Below, in pieces: positions 16,892 to 27,119 of a stretch of 59,779 nt of DNA (within the stretch, counting starts at the first letter, position 1; each line of letters starts with the position of its first letter). Under the pieces are notes generated by a model. It was not told the DNA's origin. It did not search any database and saw nothing but the letters and a program-made list of their open reading frames with translations. The position numbers and the translations under genes were made by a program. The DNA comes from a bacterium (GTDB lineage: Bacteria > Margulisbacteria > Marinamargulisbacteria > JAHFDA01). The stretch lies in the NCBI GenBank assembly GCA_023249225.1, contig JAHFDA010000010.1, positions 1 through 59,779 on the forward strand, given 5' to 3'.

Positions 16892-18517
16892 ATGATTACT
16901 TATTTGCGCGTTAAAAATTTTCAGTTGATCGAAGACATCGAGATCGAAGTGTCCGCTGGCCTGACTGTGCTTACCGGCGAGACTGGCGCAGGCAAGAGTA
17001 TGCTGGTTGAGGCACTCATGTTTGCCCTGGGTGGACGGGCCCGCAGTGAATGGGTGGGTGCCTGGGGCGATGAAGCCACCGTGGAGCTGCAGTGGCAATC
17101 GACAAACGACCCAGATCCGCAGGTGCTTGTTCGGCGTTGTCACCGCGATGGCCGCAGCGTGATTAAACTAAGTGATGCATTGGTGACGCTATCGGAACTT
17201 GAAAACCGTTTTCAGGATCTGGCCCTGCGCCAGCGCCAGGGTCAGACGTGGCTGCTTAAAAAGAGCCATTATCCCCGTCAGGTACTCGATGATTATGGGC
17301 GCGAAGATATCCAGCCGATGAAAATCAAATTCAGCGCGGCACACACACAGTGGCAGGCCTGCCAGGCGGCGCGTACGCAGCTCGATACACGCCTGAAGCA
17401 ACTCGAAAAAGATGCTGACTACATCACCCACCAGCATGCAGAACTTTCAAAACTTGAGACCGGAGAAATAGATGAAGACGTTCTGCAGACGCGGCGCCAG
17501 CGACTGGCCAATCAGGTGCGCATTACCGAACGCTTGTCGCAGGCGCTCGAAGCGCTTGACGGCGTAGAAGAACGCTGGCACAACCTGGCCGGAGTGCTCG
17601 ATAAACTGCAGGCCGATTGGAGCGACCCGGCACTCTTTGAAGAAGCCTTGCGTGGCGTTGAAGCCTATGTGCAGGACGTCCGTACCAAATTGGGCACGCT
17701 TCCAGAAGACATGGCTGACCCGCGCGCGCTCGATGAAGTCGAGGAACGGCTGGCCTTGTTGCGACTTTTAAAACGTAAATATGGCGACGACCTGTCACAA
17801 GCCATTGCGCAGGCCCAGCGCGATATGCAGGATCTGCAACAGGGGCGGATGCAACTGGTGGAATTGTCTACCCAGGCCCAAACGTTCGAGCGTGCCATGC
17901 AGGCAGCAGGCGAGCAACTTTCACAGCAACGTTGCGTGTGGGCGCAAAAATTGGCAGGTGCCTGTCAGCAGCAGCTTAAGTTGTTGGGGTTTGCATATCC
18001 GCAGTTTAAAGTTCAGACAGAATTACTGCCTTTGCCCGGCCCCGAAGGTTTTGACGACATTCAATTTTTATTTAGCGCCAACCCCGATGTGGCGCCGCTG
18101 CCCATGGCCCAGGTGGCTTCGGGAGGCGAGTTATCGCGGGTATTACTCGCGCTTTACAGCGTCAGCGCCCACAAGATGGCGGTTCCGGTGCTGATCTTTG
18201 ACGAAATCGACAGCGGCCTGGGCGGCCAGACCGCCAATCAGGTGGGTGCGCTACTGCGACAGCTGGGGTCGCATGGCCAGGTTTTGGCCATTACGCATCT
18301 GGCCCAGGTGGCTGCCACCGCCCATCACCATTGGCACCTTGAAAAACAGATTAAAAATAAACGTAGCTGCCTATTGGTGAAAATCGTGTCTGTAAACGAC
18401 CGTCCCAAGGTTTTGGCTGAACTGATGGGGGATCAGGGCACAGAAGCGGGTCTTGAGCATGCCGAATTGCTGCTTAAAAAGGCCGGAGCCAAACTTAAAC
18501 ATGAGAGAATGAAATAG
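16892..18517 (+). CDS. recN: DNA repair protein RecN
   Basis: TGETGAGKS, ASGGELSR, LIFDEIDSG and ITHLAQVAA. Confidence 0.95.
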   Translation: MITYLRVKNFQLIEDIEIEVSAGLTVLTGETGAGKSMLVEALMFALGGRARSEWVGAWGDEATVELQWQSTNDPDPQVLVRRCHRDGRSVIKLSDALVTLSELENRFQDLALRQRQGQTWLLKKSHYPRQVLDDYGREDIQPMKIKFSAAHTQWQACQAARTQLDTRLKQLEKDADYITHQHAELSKLETGEIDEDVLQTRRQRLANQVRITERLSQALEALDGVEERWHNLAGVLDKLQADWSDPALFEEALRGVEAYVQDVRTKLGTLPEDMADPRALDEVEERLALLRLLKRKYGDDLSQAIAQAQRDMQDLQQGRMQLVELSTQAQTFERAMQAAGEQLSQQRCVWAQKLAGACQQQLKLLGFAYPQFKVQTELLPLPGPEGFDDIQFLFSANPDVAPLPMAQVASGGELSRVLLALYSVSAHKMAVPVLIFDEIDSGLGGQTANQVGALLRQLGSHGQVLAITHLAQVAATAHHHWHLEKQIKNKRSCLLVKIVSVNDRPKVLAELMGDQGTEAGLEHAELLLKKAGAKLKHERMK

Positions 18518-18523
18518 ACAACC

Positions 18524-20359
18524 ATGTGCGGAATTGTTGGATATGTCGGCAATAAAGATGTGCTCTCGGTGCTTCTCGTGGGCCTTGAGCGCCTGTCTTA
18601 CCGAGGTTACGATTCGGCTGGCATTGCCACCCTGGCGCAGGGCGAGCTTTTTGTGCGTAAGGAAGTGGGCAAATTACGCACTTTGGGTGCGGCGCTCGAG
18701 GGCAAGCCGGTGCGCGGCGAGCTTGGTTTAGGCCATACGCGTTGGGCCACGCATGGCGCCCCCTCGCAGGAAAATAGTCACCCGCACACAGACTGTAGCG
18801 GACGTATTGCCATGGTGCATAACGGCATCATCGAAAACTATCACGAGTTGCGTCAACAGCTGATGCGCGAGGGGCATATTTTTAAAAGCGACACCGACAC
18901 CGAAGTCATGGTGCACCTTTTAGAACGTTATCTGACGCCCGAACTTAACTTTCTGGATGCCCTGCGGCGTACGCTTAAAGATGTACGTGGCAGTTATGCG
19001 GTTGCGATCATTTCAGAAATGCTTCCGGGATCCATCTTTGTAGCCCGTCAGGGCAGTCCACTGGTGGTGGGTTTGGGTGCTGATGAAAATTTTGTAGCCT
19101 CCGATGTGGCAGCCATGGTGGGTCATACCCGCGATATCGTGTATATGGAAGACGGCGAGATGGCGGCGATCACCAAACAAGCGGTGGTGTTTTATAACGT
19201 TGCGGGTGAGGAACTCATCAAACAGCCGCAAGTGGTGGAATGGGACACGACCCAAATTGATAAAGGCGATTACGATTACTACATGGCCAAAGAAATTTTT
19301 GAACAACCCACCGTGGCTCGCAGTGTGCTTTCACGCAAACTGGGCCCAGGTGGCCTGATCAATTTAGGAGATCTGGGACACTTTAGCAAAGCCGACCTTT
19401 CAAAAGTCACGCGCATCATCATTCAGGCCTGTGGCACAAGCTGGCATGCGGGGCTGGTGGCTAAATACTGGTTTGAAAAATACACCCGTACCTATACCGA
19501 GGTCGATATCAGTTCGGAGTTCCGTTACCGCTCGGCGATCCTTGATCCCAGCACCTTGGTGATGGCCATTACCCAGTCGGGTGAAACGGCCGATACGCTG
19601 GCGGGCATCCGTGAGGCCAAGAGCAAATTTCTTCCGGTGCTTTCGATCTGTAACGTTGAAAAAAGCAGCATTGCCCGCGAATCAGATGGCGTGATTTTTA
19701 CCGAAGCCGGCCCGGAAATCGGGGTGGCCTCCACCAAGGCTTATACCAGCCAGTTGCTGGCCATTTACCTTTTGACGCTCTATCTGGCGCAGGTCAAATG
19801 GACCCTTTCGCCCGAAGAAGTGCAGACCAAAATCAATGATCTTAAAACCATTCCAGGCAAAATGGAAATTGTGCTGGCGCAAAACGATCAGGTCAAACGG
19901 ATTGCCCAACGCTTTGCGCATTCAAGGGACTATATTTACATTGGTCGCGGTTTCGATTATCCAACGGCTCTCGAGGGCGCCCTTAAAATGAAAGAAATCA
20001 GCTATATCCATGCCACCGGTTACCCGGCCGGAGAACTGAAGCATGGTCCTATTGCGCTCATCGACGAAGAGATGCCTGTGGTTTGCATTGCGACAAAGGG
20101 TTATTGGTATGAAAAAATGCTTTCAAATATTCAAGAGGTCAAGGCGCGCAAAGGCATGATCATCGCGCTTGGCACCGAAGGTGACGACAACCTTGCGCGC
20201 TTGGCAGATGAAGTCATTTGGATTCCGCCGGTGGCCGAAGACTTGGCGCCCTTGCTTACCGCCTTGCCTTTACAACTTTTGGCTTACCACACAGCCATCA
20301 AGCTGGGATGTGATGTGGATCAGCCGCGTAATTTGGCTAAATCCGTTACCGTCGAATAA
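18524..20359 (+). CDS. glmS: Glutamine--fructose-6-phosphate aminotransferase
   Basis: MCGIVG, GHTRWATHG, SQ/TQSGETAD-type motif, and C-terminal DQPRNLAKSVTVE. Confidence 0.99.
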   Translation: MCGIVGYVGNKDVLSVLLVGLERLSYRGYDSAGIATLAQGELFVRKEVGKLRTLGAALEGKPVRGELGLGHTRWATHGAPSQENSHPHTDCSGRIAMVHNGIIENYHELRQQLMREGHIFKSDTDTEVMVHLLERYLTPELNFLDALRRTLKDVRGSYAVAIISEMLPGSIFVARQGSPLVVGLGADENFVASDVAAMVGHTRDIVYMEDGEMAAITKQAVVFYNVAGEELIKQPQVVEWDTTQIDKGDYDYYMAKEIFEQPTVARSVLSRKLGPGGLINLGDLGHFSKADLSKVTRIIIQACGTSWHAGLVAKYWFEKYTRTYTEVDISSEFRYRSAILDPSTLVMAITQSGETADTLAGIREAKSKFLPVLSICNVEKSSIARESDGVIFTEAGPEIGVASTKAYTSQLLAIYLLTLYLAQVKWTLSPEEVQTKINDLKTIPGKMEIVLAQNDQVKRIAQRFAHSRDYIYIGRGFDYPTALEGALKMKEISYIHATGYPAGELKHGPIALIDEEMPVVCIATKGYWYEKMLSNIQEVKARKGMIIALGTEGDDNLARLADEVIWIPPVAEDLAPLLTALPLQLLAYHTAIKLGCDVDQPRNLAKSVTVE

Positions 20360-20449
20360 ATTCAAATTATTTTGTTAGCGAGAAATAGATGTTCTATAAC
20401 ATCCAATCATCGCTTCAATAACAGGTTTCGATATAGCAAAAGAGTGTTG

Positions 20450-21982
20450 ATGCCTGCATTTTTTTTGTGCCGTCAGGTTGCCATTGCCTTGCCAAAGTTA
20501 GATGTCCGGTGGCGTACGCGCGTGCAAAATTTTGAGACGAGCGTCAACGCGCTTGTCCAGCAAATGCAAAACGATCAGCTCGATGGCGCAATTGCCTTAC
20601 ATGCCATTGCGCAAGAATTAGGCAAGCTGGCGGTCAATGCCGATACCATTCGTTTTTTTTGGGTCAAGCGCCCCAAGGGTCATCACATTGCCCTTCCGGT
20701 GGTGCGTTTTACCAATTATGAAAACTCGCGTGAGGTCACCAGGTGCATGAGCAAAATTGGCCGCGAAGTGGCTCGCAATGTCGATGACATTAAAAAGAAA
20801 CTACCTTTCGATGTGCATGTGCTTTTAGATGGCGCAGTGGATGCTCATGATTATGCTTACGTGGCTGCGATTGCGGCGCCCAACCGCCAGTATCTTGATT
20901 TACGGTCGCTTGAAGCACTGGGCAAGGCTGTGCTGGGTGAGGAGGTCATCACCATTACGCCTAAACAGCTTTTGTCATTTTTTGAGGGTGATCATTTTTC
21001 GGATCTCATGCTAGACATGTTTAGCAGTTACTACGGCGAACGCTTTACCCAGGGTGGCGCTCAAATTATTCCGGTCTTTAACGGTTCTGAACCGCTGGGT
21101 TATTTTGAACTGACATCACCCTTTACGGGTTTGCCGGCGGCTCTGCCCAAGGTTGTGGCGCGCAGCGTGGGACATATTCTGCACCAAGCCCTGGTGCCCG
21201 TAAGCGACCGTTTGCTTGATCGGATTCCCACAGATCCAACGCTTGACCGCACCCAGTTTTCGGGCCCGCTGCCGATTGAAGCCATTGATCCTAAACCCCA
21301 GAGTTGGTCTTTTACCAGCGAAAAGTGGACGGTGGTTAAAGCCAACGTCAATCAAATTCCGCCCAGGATTCTTGAGGCCCTGCGTTCCACCGCACGCGAG
21401 GTGCATAGCACCTTTTTTGCGGGATACGACAGCCGTTATGATCAACAATTTGATCCGCAGGCCACTTATATTTTTGTGTTGGCGGGGGAACAGCCAGTAG
21501 CCTGTCTGCGGATTATCCACCGCAAAAACGATGTAGAAGGATGTGTGCCGCTGCCGACCGAGCAAGCCCAGACATTTAAACCTAGTTCACAGGAGACGTT
21601 TCAACGTACCCTGGAGTCTGACCACCCGGCGGAACTGTCTACTTTTTTTATCATCGACCATGATCCAGCGGTAGAAAGAATGTTGCGTTGGGCTTTTCAT
21701 AAATATTTGCGTGAATGTGGCCCCAAAAAACTTTATCTGCTGGTGGATCCCCAGTATCCCTACGTGCTCATGAAGATGGGGTCGAACGTGGAACGCTCCG
21801 AATATGAACAACGTTGTTTTTTTCAAGGGTACTCTCGGCGAAAGCATCCGGGATCTACCTTGATAGAAGAAAATCCGGCCTTATGGGAAGTTCACCGTTA
21901 CAAAATTCCGAGCCGCGCCAATGATGACGGCATGCCTGTCAGGGTAGTCACGCCAGCATTTAAATTGAACGGGTCCAAATGA
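20450..21982 (+). CDS. Hypothetical protein: GAF-like central region plus C-terminal GNAT-fold acyltransferase-like domain (LuxI/FeeM clan)
   Basis: QIIPVFNGSEPLGYFEL resembles a GAF terminal strand. YDQQFDPQATYIFV...VACLRII...AELSTFFI resembles LuxI/FeeM motifs. Start uncertain (20372 TTG or 20450 ATG). Confidence 0.55.
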   Translation: MPAFFLCRQVAIALPKLDVRWRTRVQNFETSVNALVQQMQNDQLDGAIALHAIAQELGKLAVNADTIRFFWVKRPKGHHIALPVVRFTNYENSREVTRCMSKIGREVARNVDDIKKKLPFDVHVLLDGAVDAHDYAYVAAIAAPNRQYLDLRSLEALGKAVLGEEVITITPKQLLSFFEGDHFSDLMLDMFSSYYGERFTQGGAQIIPVFNGSEPLGYFELTSPFTGLPAALPKVVARSVGHILHQALVPVSDRLLDRIPTDPTLDRTQFSGPLPIEAIDPKPQSWSFTSEKWTVVKANVNQIPPRILEALRSTAREVHSTFFAGYDSRYDQQFDPQATYIFVLAGEQPVACLRIIHRKNDVEGCVPLPTEQAQTFKPSSQETFQRTLESDHPAELSTFFIIDHDPAVERMLRWAFHKYLRECGPKKLYLLVDPQYPYVLMKMGSNVERSEYEQRCFFQGYSRRKHPGSTLIEENPALWEVHRYKIPSRANDDGMPVRVVTPAFKLNGSK

Positions 21983-24459
21983 TTGCCAGCGTACTTTTGC
22001 TGGCAGCCGTGTGTACGTATAGCCTGGGCGTGGTGGCGGTGGCCAGGGGACAGCAAGTCGACCGCAGCCGGTCCTTTTTTGTATTTTGCATGTTGGTGGG
22101 CGCATGGCTGACGTGTTATGGCCTTACGTATCTTTTGGCACCCGCTTTTACGGGGGTGCTCACGCGTTGCATTGTGGCGCCAGCCATATTTATTCCACCG
22201 GTATTACTTTATTTTTTACGCACCTTTGAACGCCAGAAACAGTACTTAAGCCCTATAGAAATCTGTGTTTTTGGTTTGGGCGGTTTGGCCGTGCTTGCGT
22301 CGGTTCCAACCTCATGGCACATGCGGCATATCCGTTTTGAATCTGGCGCCATTTTGTTTGAACCCGGACTGATGTATCACCTTCAGGGGCTCTTGCTGCT
22401 TGCGGGCCTGGTGCTGGCTGGACGCACCCTTTGGATGGCTTACCAAAAAGCCCTGCCAGAACAAAAGATTCAAATCAGTCTGGTGTGCGCAGGCATTGGT
22501 GTCAGCGCGTTGGCCGGATTGATTTTTAACTTTGTCTTGCCCGCGCTGGGGTTTGAGCAGTGGAACCGTTTTGGTCCCTTGGCGGTGTTTGCGCTGGTAC
22601 TTACGTCTTACTACGCCATGCTGCGGCATCGTTTTCTTGATGTCAAACACCTGATTCAACGTTCGATGGTGTATGCACTGCTGTATGTGTCGCTGGTTGG
22701 CCTGATGTGGTTTGGAATTTTGGGGGTGGGCACTTATGCCCAGCGTAGGTTTGGCTTGCCTTTGATCACGGTGCTCATTTTTGTGTCTTTTGTGACGGTG
22801 GCTTTGTATGAACCCCTTAAACGTATCTTTCACAAACTGACGCACAGCTTGTTTTTAATTGGCGAACAGACCGAACCAGAATGGGTCAGCCGCTGGATGC
22901 TTGCAACCTCTATGGGTAGCGATCAAAACAATTTACTTAAAGAAGTGTTGGACATACTGGTCAATGACTATGGTATTTCGCGGGTGGGGGTGTATCTTTC
23001 AGAAGATAATGCCGGGCGATTTAGCATGGCTCAATCGGTGGGTGTGTGGCAGCCAGAAACAGAGGCAGTCGAGTCGCTCGGATGGGTGCAGGCCATTAAA
23101 CAAGATCCGCGTATTGTGCTTGGCGAGCTGGAACAGCTTGAAGGCCATGTGCTGCCCGAAGCCCTGACGCAGTTTATGCTGACGCATGGCGTCGAAGCCT
23201 TGGTGCCTTTGCGTTTTCAGGATGCCTGGCAAGGCCTGCTGCTGCTCGGAGAAAAACGGTCGCAGCAAAGGTTTACCCGCGAGGATGGCCACTTGTTAAA
23301 GACCTTGGCCACGCCGCTTTCGGCAGCGTTGGCCAATGCCAAACTCTATAGCAGCGTGTTTAATCTTAAGACGTATTTCGAGTCGGTGCTGGATCGATTG
23401 CCGGTGGGGGTGCTGACCTTTCGTGAAAGCGGACAGGTTTCGTACATTAACAAAAAAGGCGTAGCGTTTTTAGGCGTGATGCCTGGCGCAGACATTCAAC
23501 GTAAGCCGTGGGGCGAAGTTGCCGAACTTTTACCATTTGCGTTTTTACTTGAAGAAGCCTTTCGCGGAGGCCAGATGTATGACTTTATCGAAGTGGAACA
23601 CCATGGGGTGGCCTTTGGCGTGTCGGTGGCGCGCACCATGACGCCGCTAGAGTCTGACGGCCAACAGGGGGTGTTGTTGGTATTGGCAGATCTGACTTCG
23701 TTGCATGAACTGCAATCGCAACTGGCACGCCACGAGCGCCTGGCGGCCCTGGGAGTGATGGCCGCCGGCATTGCGCACGAAATCCGAAACCCAATGGTCA
23801 GCATTAAAACTTTTTCGCAGCTGGTTCCGGTCAAGTTCGAAGATCCGTCTTTCCGTGAAAAATTTGTGCAGGTGGTGTTGCCACAGCTCAACCGCATCGA
23901 AGACCTGGTCACGGCCTTGCTGCATGCCGGACGCCCGCGCAAGCCCAGCCGCGATCTGGTGGACGCCAACGAAATTATCAAGGACGTGCTACTTTTGTGC
24001 GAGGCCGAGCGCCGCGACCACAATTGCAGTTTTTCTTTTGAACCCAGTCGACCGGTGCTTATTTACGCCGATCGCTCGCAGATGACGCAGGTGTTTTTAA
24101 ATCTGGTGCGCAATGCCATTCAGGCCATAGCCAGCAAGGGCCTGTTACAGGTGACGGCTCGTGAAATAGATGAGCGTTGGGCCGAGATCGAGTTTAAAGA
24201 TACGGGCATTGGCATGACCGAAGAACAACTTGAACATCTGTTTGATCCCTTTTATACCACCAAAGATGAAGGCACCGGGCTGGGGTTATCCATCAGCTAT
24301 CGCATTATCGAAGAACATGGTGGACGCATTATCCTTGATAGCACTCCCAAAGTGGGCACGTCTTTCACCTTGCGCATGCCGCGCCGTGCCGATGTCAGCA
24401 CCAAGACGCATTTAAAGATTTTTACCCGCAGTGCCAAGTCTCGGGTGCACGTGTCCTGA
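21979..24459 (+). CDS. Sensor histidine kinase: multi-TM N-terminus (HisKA_7TM-like), GAF, PAS, HisKA, HATPase
   Basis: About 9 hydrophobic segments, GLLLLGEKRSQQRFTRED (GAF), AHEIRNP H-box, NLVRNA, DTGIGM, FDPFYTTK and GTGLGL. Confidence 0.95.
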   Translation: MIASVLLLAAVCTYSLGVVAVARGQQVDRSRSFFVFCMLVGAWLTCYGLTYLLAPAFTGVLTRCIVAPAIFIPPVLLYFLRTFERQKQYLSPIEICVFGLGGLAVLASVPTSWHMRHIRFESGAILFEPGLMYHLQGLLLLAGLVLAGRTLWMAYQKALPEQKIQISLVCAGIGVSALAGLIFNFVLPALGFEQWNRFGPLAVFALVLTSYYAMLRHRFLDVKHLIQRSMVYALLYVSLVGLMWFGILGVGTYAQRRFGLPLITVLIFVSFVTVALYEPLKRIFHKLTHSLFLIGEQTEPEWVSRWMLATSMGSDQNNLLKEVLDILVNDYGISRVGVYLSEDNAGRFSMAQSVGVWQPETEAVESLGWVQAIKQDPRIVLGELEQLEGHVLPEALTQFMLTHGVEALVPLRFQDAWQGLLLLGEKRSQQRFTREDGHLLKTLATPLSAALANAKLYSSVFNLKTYFESVLDRLPVGVLTFRESGQVSYINKKGVAFLGVMPGADIQRKPWGEVAELLPFAFLLEEAFRGGQMYDFIEVEHHGVAFGVSVARTMTPLESDGQQGVLLVLADLTSLHELQSQLARHERLAALGVMAAGIAHEIRNPMVSIKTFSQLVPVKFEDPSFREKFVQVVLPQLNRIEDLVTALLHAGRPRKPSRDLVDANEIIKDVLLLCEAERRDHNCSFSFEPSRPVLIYADRSQMTQVFLNLVRNAIQAIASKGLLQVTAREIDERWAEIEFKDTGIGMTEEQLEHLFDPFYTTKDEGTGLGLSISYRIIEEHGGRIILDSTPKVGTSFTLRMPRRADVSTKTHLKIFTRSAKSRVHVS

Positions 24460-24501
24460 TGATGTTTAATTTTTGGCGCAGATGGGAATACACACCCATG
24501 T

Positions 24502-25020
24502 ATGCGTCGCAGTGGTTTTATGCTTTGTTTGCTATTGGCGGGTTTCTTGTTGTTTCCGGTCAAAGCGCAAGCCTGGTATTTTTGGTTTTTTGACGAGCCG
24601 CTGGCGTATCAGTCTTTTAACCTGACGCTGGTTCCAAAAGATCCCAAAGAAAACGAACTGGATAGTTTTGTCGGACGCCGTATTACATTGGCGCATGCCA
24701 CAAAAGATGCGCCGGTTTATACCTTTGACATTGGGCCCAATACCTTGCTCCGCAAGCGCATGTTCCGTTTTCTGGCGCCACGGGTGATCCAGGGTTCATA
24801 TACGATCAGTGTCACGGGCATGGCCGAGGGTGAAAAACTGGTTCCTGAAAAAGTTGAAATTAATGGTAAAACCAACGATTTATTGATTCAGTATGTTTTT
24901 GCCAAACCCGAAGGGGAAAGCAAAGAATCTAAAGGAGAAAAATCCAAGCCTGCGTCTAAGCAGCAGCGTGAAAGCCAGCAAACCCATGGCGAAGCTCAAA
25001 CCCCGGGAGAACATGGTTAA
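24502..25020 (+). CDS. Secreted hypothetical protein
   Basis: Signal peptide ending AQA; charged low-complexity tail. Confidence 0.7.
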   Translation: MRRSGFMLCLLLAGFLLFPVKAQAWYFWFFDEPLAYQSFNLTLVPKDPKENELDSFVGRRITLAHATKDAPVYTFDIGPNTLLRKRMFRFLAPRVIQGSYTISVTGMAEGEKLVPEKVEINGKTNDLLIQYVFAKPEGESKESKGEKSKPASKQQRESQQTHGEAQTPGEHG

Positions 25021-25874
25021 GACCAGATCATGCAGGCCATACCGGCCAGCATCACCAGGGCACCCAGCAATCTTTCTTTAAAGCCTTTTTCTTTAAAAAC
25101 CACAAAGCCAAGTACGGCGCTCATCAAGGTACTGGTGCGTTTGATAGAAATCACATAAGGCACCAGGGCCATTTGCAGTGCCGTCATTTGTGACAGCAAG
25201 GATAAAGCGTTCATCAGGCCAATGGGCAACAGCGCCCGCAGAGTTTTGCCATGTTTGAGCGTTTTGAGTTTGGGCAGCACCAGGGGAAGAAAACCCACGC
25301 TTAATGCGCTGTTGAGTCCAATGATCCACGCCAGGGGCGAGGAGGCTTGGATACCCGTCTTGTCTAAATTGGCCGTGATGCCCCATAGCAGGGCCACCCC
25401 CAGCATGTAACGCGGTCCGGTTTCTTGAAACATGGCAAGGAATGGTGCCAGAAAACCCTGATTTTTTTTTTGGAAATTCAAAATATATGAACCCGCCACA
25501 ATCAGCAGTACGCCCCCCAGCCCGAGCAGCGACGGATATTCACCCAAAATCAGCGGCGATGTGACCAGCAGAAAGAGCGGGCTTATGGCCAAAAGCGGTA
25601 CGGTGTTCGAAAGGTCTCCGTACTTAAGGGCCTTGATGTACCAAAGGTAGGCAATTAAATTGAGGACGCCACTGATGCCGAGTGACCACCAATAGGCGGT
25701 TTGCAGTGTTGGCCAATCTTGGAATACCAAAAACACCAGCAGAAACGGCAGCGAGAATGCGCTCCATGACCAGGCCACCAAGGCCTCGTCAAAATGCTTG
25801 ACGCTGTGCTTGCTAAAAGCATCTTTAACAGCCTCAAGACCCGCCGTGGTGAGTGCCAGCCAGAACCAAGTCAT
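25017..25874 (-). CDS. EamA/DMT-family transporter
   Basis: About 10 TM segments, ALKYGDLSNTVPL and YVISIKRTS...FKEK. Confidence 0.9.
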   Translation of the reverse strand: MTWFWLALTTAGLEAVKDAFSKHSVKHFDEALVAWSWSAFSLPFLLVFLVFQDWPTLQTAYWWSLGISGVLNLIAYLWYIKALKYGDLSNTVPLLAISPLFLLVTSPLILGEYPSLLGLGGVLLIVAGSYILNFQKKNQGFLAPFLAMFQETGPRYMLGVALLWGITANLDKTGIQASSPLAWIIGLNSALSVGFLPLVLPKLKTLKHGKTLRALLPIGLMNALSLLSQMTALQMALVPYVISIKRTSTLMSAVLGFVVFKEKGFKERLLGALVMLAGMACMIWS

Positions 25875-25895
25875 ATCCCATCAATATACGGCTCA

Positions 25896-25923
25896 CGTCA
25901 TTCTCGCGAAAGCAGGAATCCAG
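25896..25923. repeat. Degenerate REP-like palindromic element (GTCATTCCCGCGAAAGCGGGAATCCA type)
   Basis: CGTCATTCTCGCGAAAGCAGGAATCCAG in a divergent intergenic region. Confidence 0.6.
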
Positions 25924-25969
25924 CTTGCTATATTCGTATTTTTTTCGCATATTTTGCTATGCTGGTGCT

Positions 25970-27040
25970 ATGTTGCGTTATCTTGAACCCATCAAAGGCC
26001 GTGGGGCACCCGACAATGCCAATAACCGTTTCGAAGTACTAGGCTATCATCTCGATACAGACATCACCGACGTGTCGGTGCTTGAAAACCCAGACCGTCC
26101 CAAGACCCAATTTTTTAAAGACTCTTCCAAGACCATCATCAATAAAAATGACAGCCCCGATATAGGCTTTAGCTACAGTGTCAATCCTTACCGTGGCTGC
26201 GAGCACGGCTGCATTTATTGTTTTGCGCGTCCCACGCATGAGTATCTTGGTTTTTCGCCAGGCATTGATTTTGAAACTAAAATAATGGTCAAAGAGAATG
26301 CGCCCCAATTGCTGCGCAAGGAACTTTCTAAAAAATCATGGCAGGCCGACCCGATTGCCTTTGGCATCAACGTCGATGCCTTTCAGCTGGTGGAGCGCAA
26401 GCTGGAGCTCTCGCGCCGCTGTCTGGAGGTTTTTGCCGAATTTCGGCAACCGGTTACTTGCATCACCAAAAACTTCTTAATCACACGTGACATTGATTAT
26501 TTAAGTATGCTGGCTCGGGATCAGGCCGTACTGGTGCTGGTGTCGATCACATCACTCGATCAATCCCTGCAATCCAAAATGGAACCGCGCACGTCTATTC
26601 CGCAAAAGCGTTTGGAAGCCATCCGCACGCTGACCGACGCAGGCATTCCCGTTGGTGTCATGGTGGCGCCCGTTATTCCGGGCCTTACCGACCATGAGAT
26701 TTTGCCCATCATGGACGCCGCCAAAAAAGCCGGGGCGGTGACAGCCGGTCACACGCTTGTGCGTTTGCCTTTTGCAGTCAAAGATCTTTTTGAAAACTGG
26801 CTCACGGCCCATTTTCCGGAACGTAAAGACAAAGTGCTGGCGCGCATCCGCGATGTGCGTGGCGGCAAACTCAACGACCCCAACTTCGGCTCGCGCATGC
26901 GCGGACAGGGCATCTTTGCCGAGCAGATTCATGCCACCTTTAAGATTGGCCGGCAAAAGCTGGGTTTTGGGCACTTTGCGGGGCTTTCAAGCGCGGCCTT
27001 TCGGTCGCCGCGCGGGAAGCAGATGGGGTTGTTTGCTTAA
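25970..27040 (+). CDS. PA0069/Rv2578c-family radical SAM protein
   Basis: NPYRGCEHGCIYCFARPTHEYLG and FGSRMRGQG. ATG 25970 is preferred. Confidence 0.93.
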   Translation: MLRYLEPIKGRGAPDNANNRFEVLGYHLDTDITDVSVLENPDRPKTQFFKDSSKTIINKNDSPDIGFSYSVNPYRGCEHGCIYCFARPTHEYLGFSPGIDFETKIMVKENAPQLLRKELSKKSWQADPIAFGINVDAFQLVERKLELSRRCLEVFAEFRQPVTCITKNFLITRDIDYLSMLARDQAVLVLVSITSLDQSLQSKMEPRTSIPQKRLEAIRTLTDAGIPVGVMVAPVIPGLTDHEILPIMDAAKKAGAVTAGHTLVRLPFAVKDLFENWLTAHFPERKDKVLARIRDVRGGKLNDPNFGSRMRGQGIFAEQIHATFKIGRQKLGFGHFAGLSSAAFRSPRGKQMGLFA

Positions 27041-27119
27041 AATCCTGATTTTTCGCGACAAGGTATTTATGAGAGGGCTTCTAAAGTTTGGGGCAGGCTC
27101 AATCGTGCTGGTTAATGGA

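Noticed and set aside
20320-20450. attTn7 site at the glmS 3' end with a possible Tn7 insertion
   Set aside because: The glmS end is present, but no Tn7 end (TGT plus TnsB repeats) or tns genes follow.
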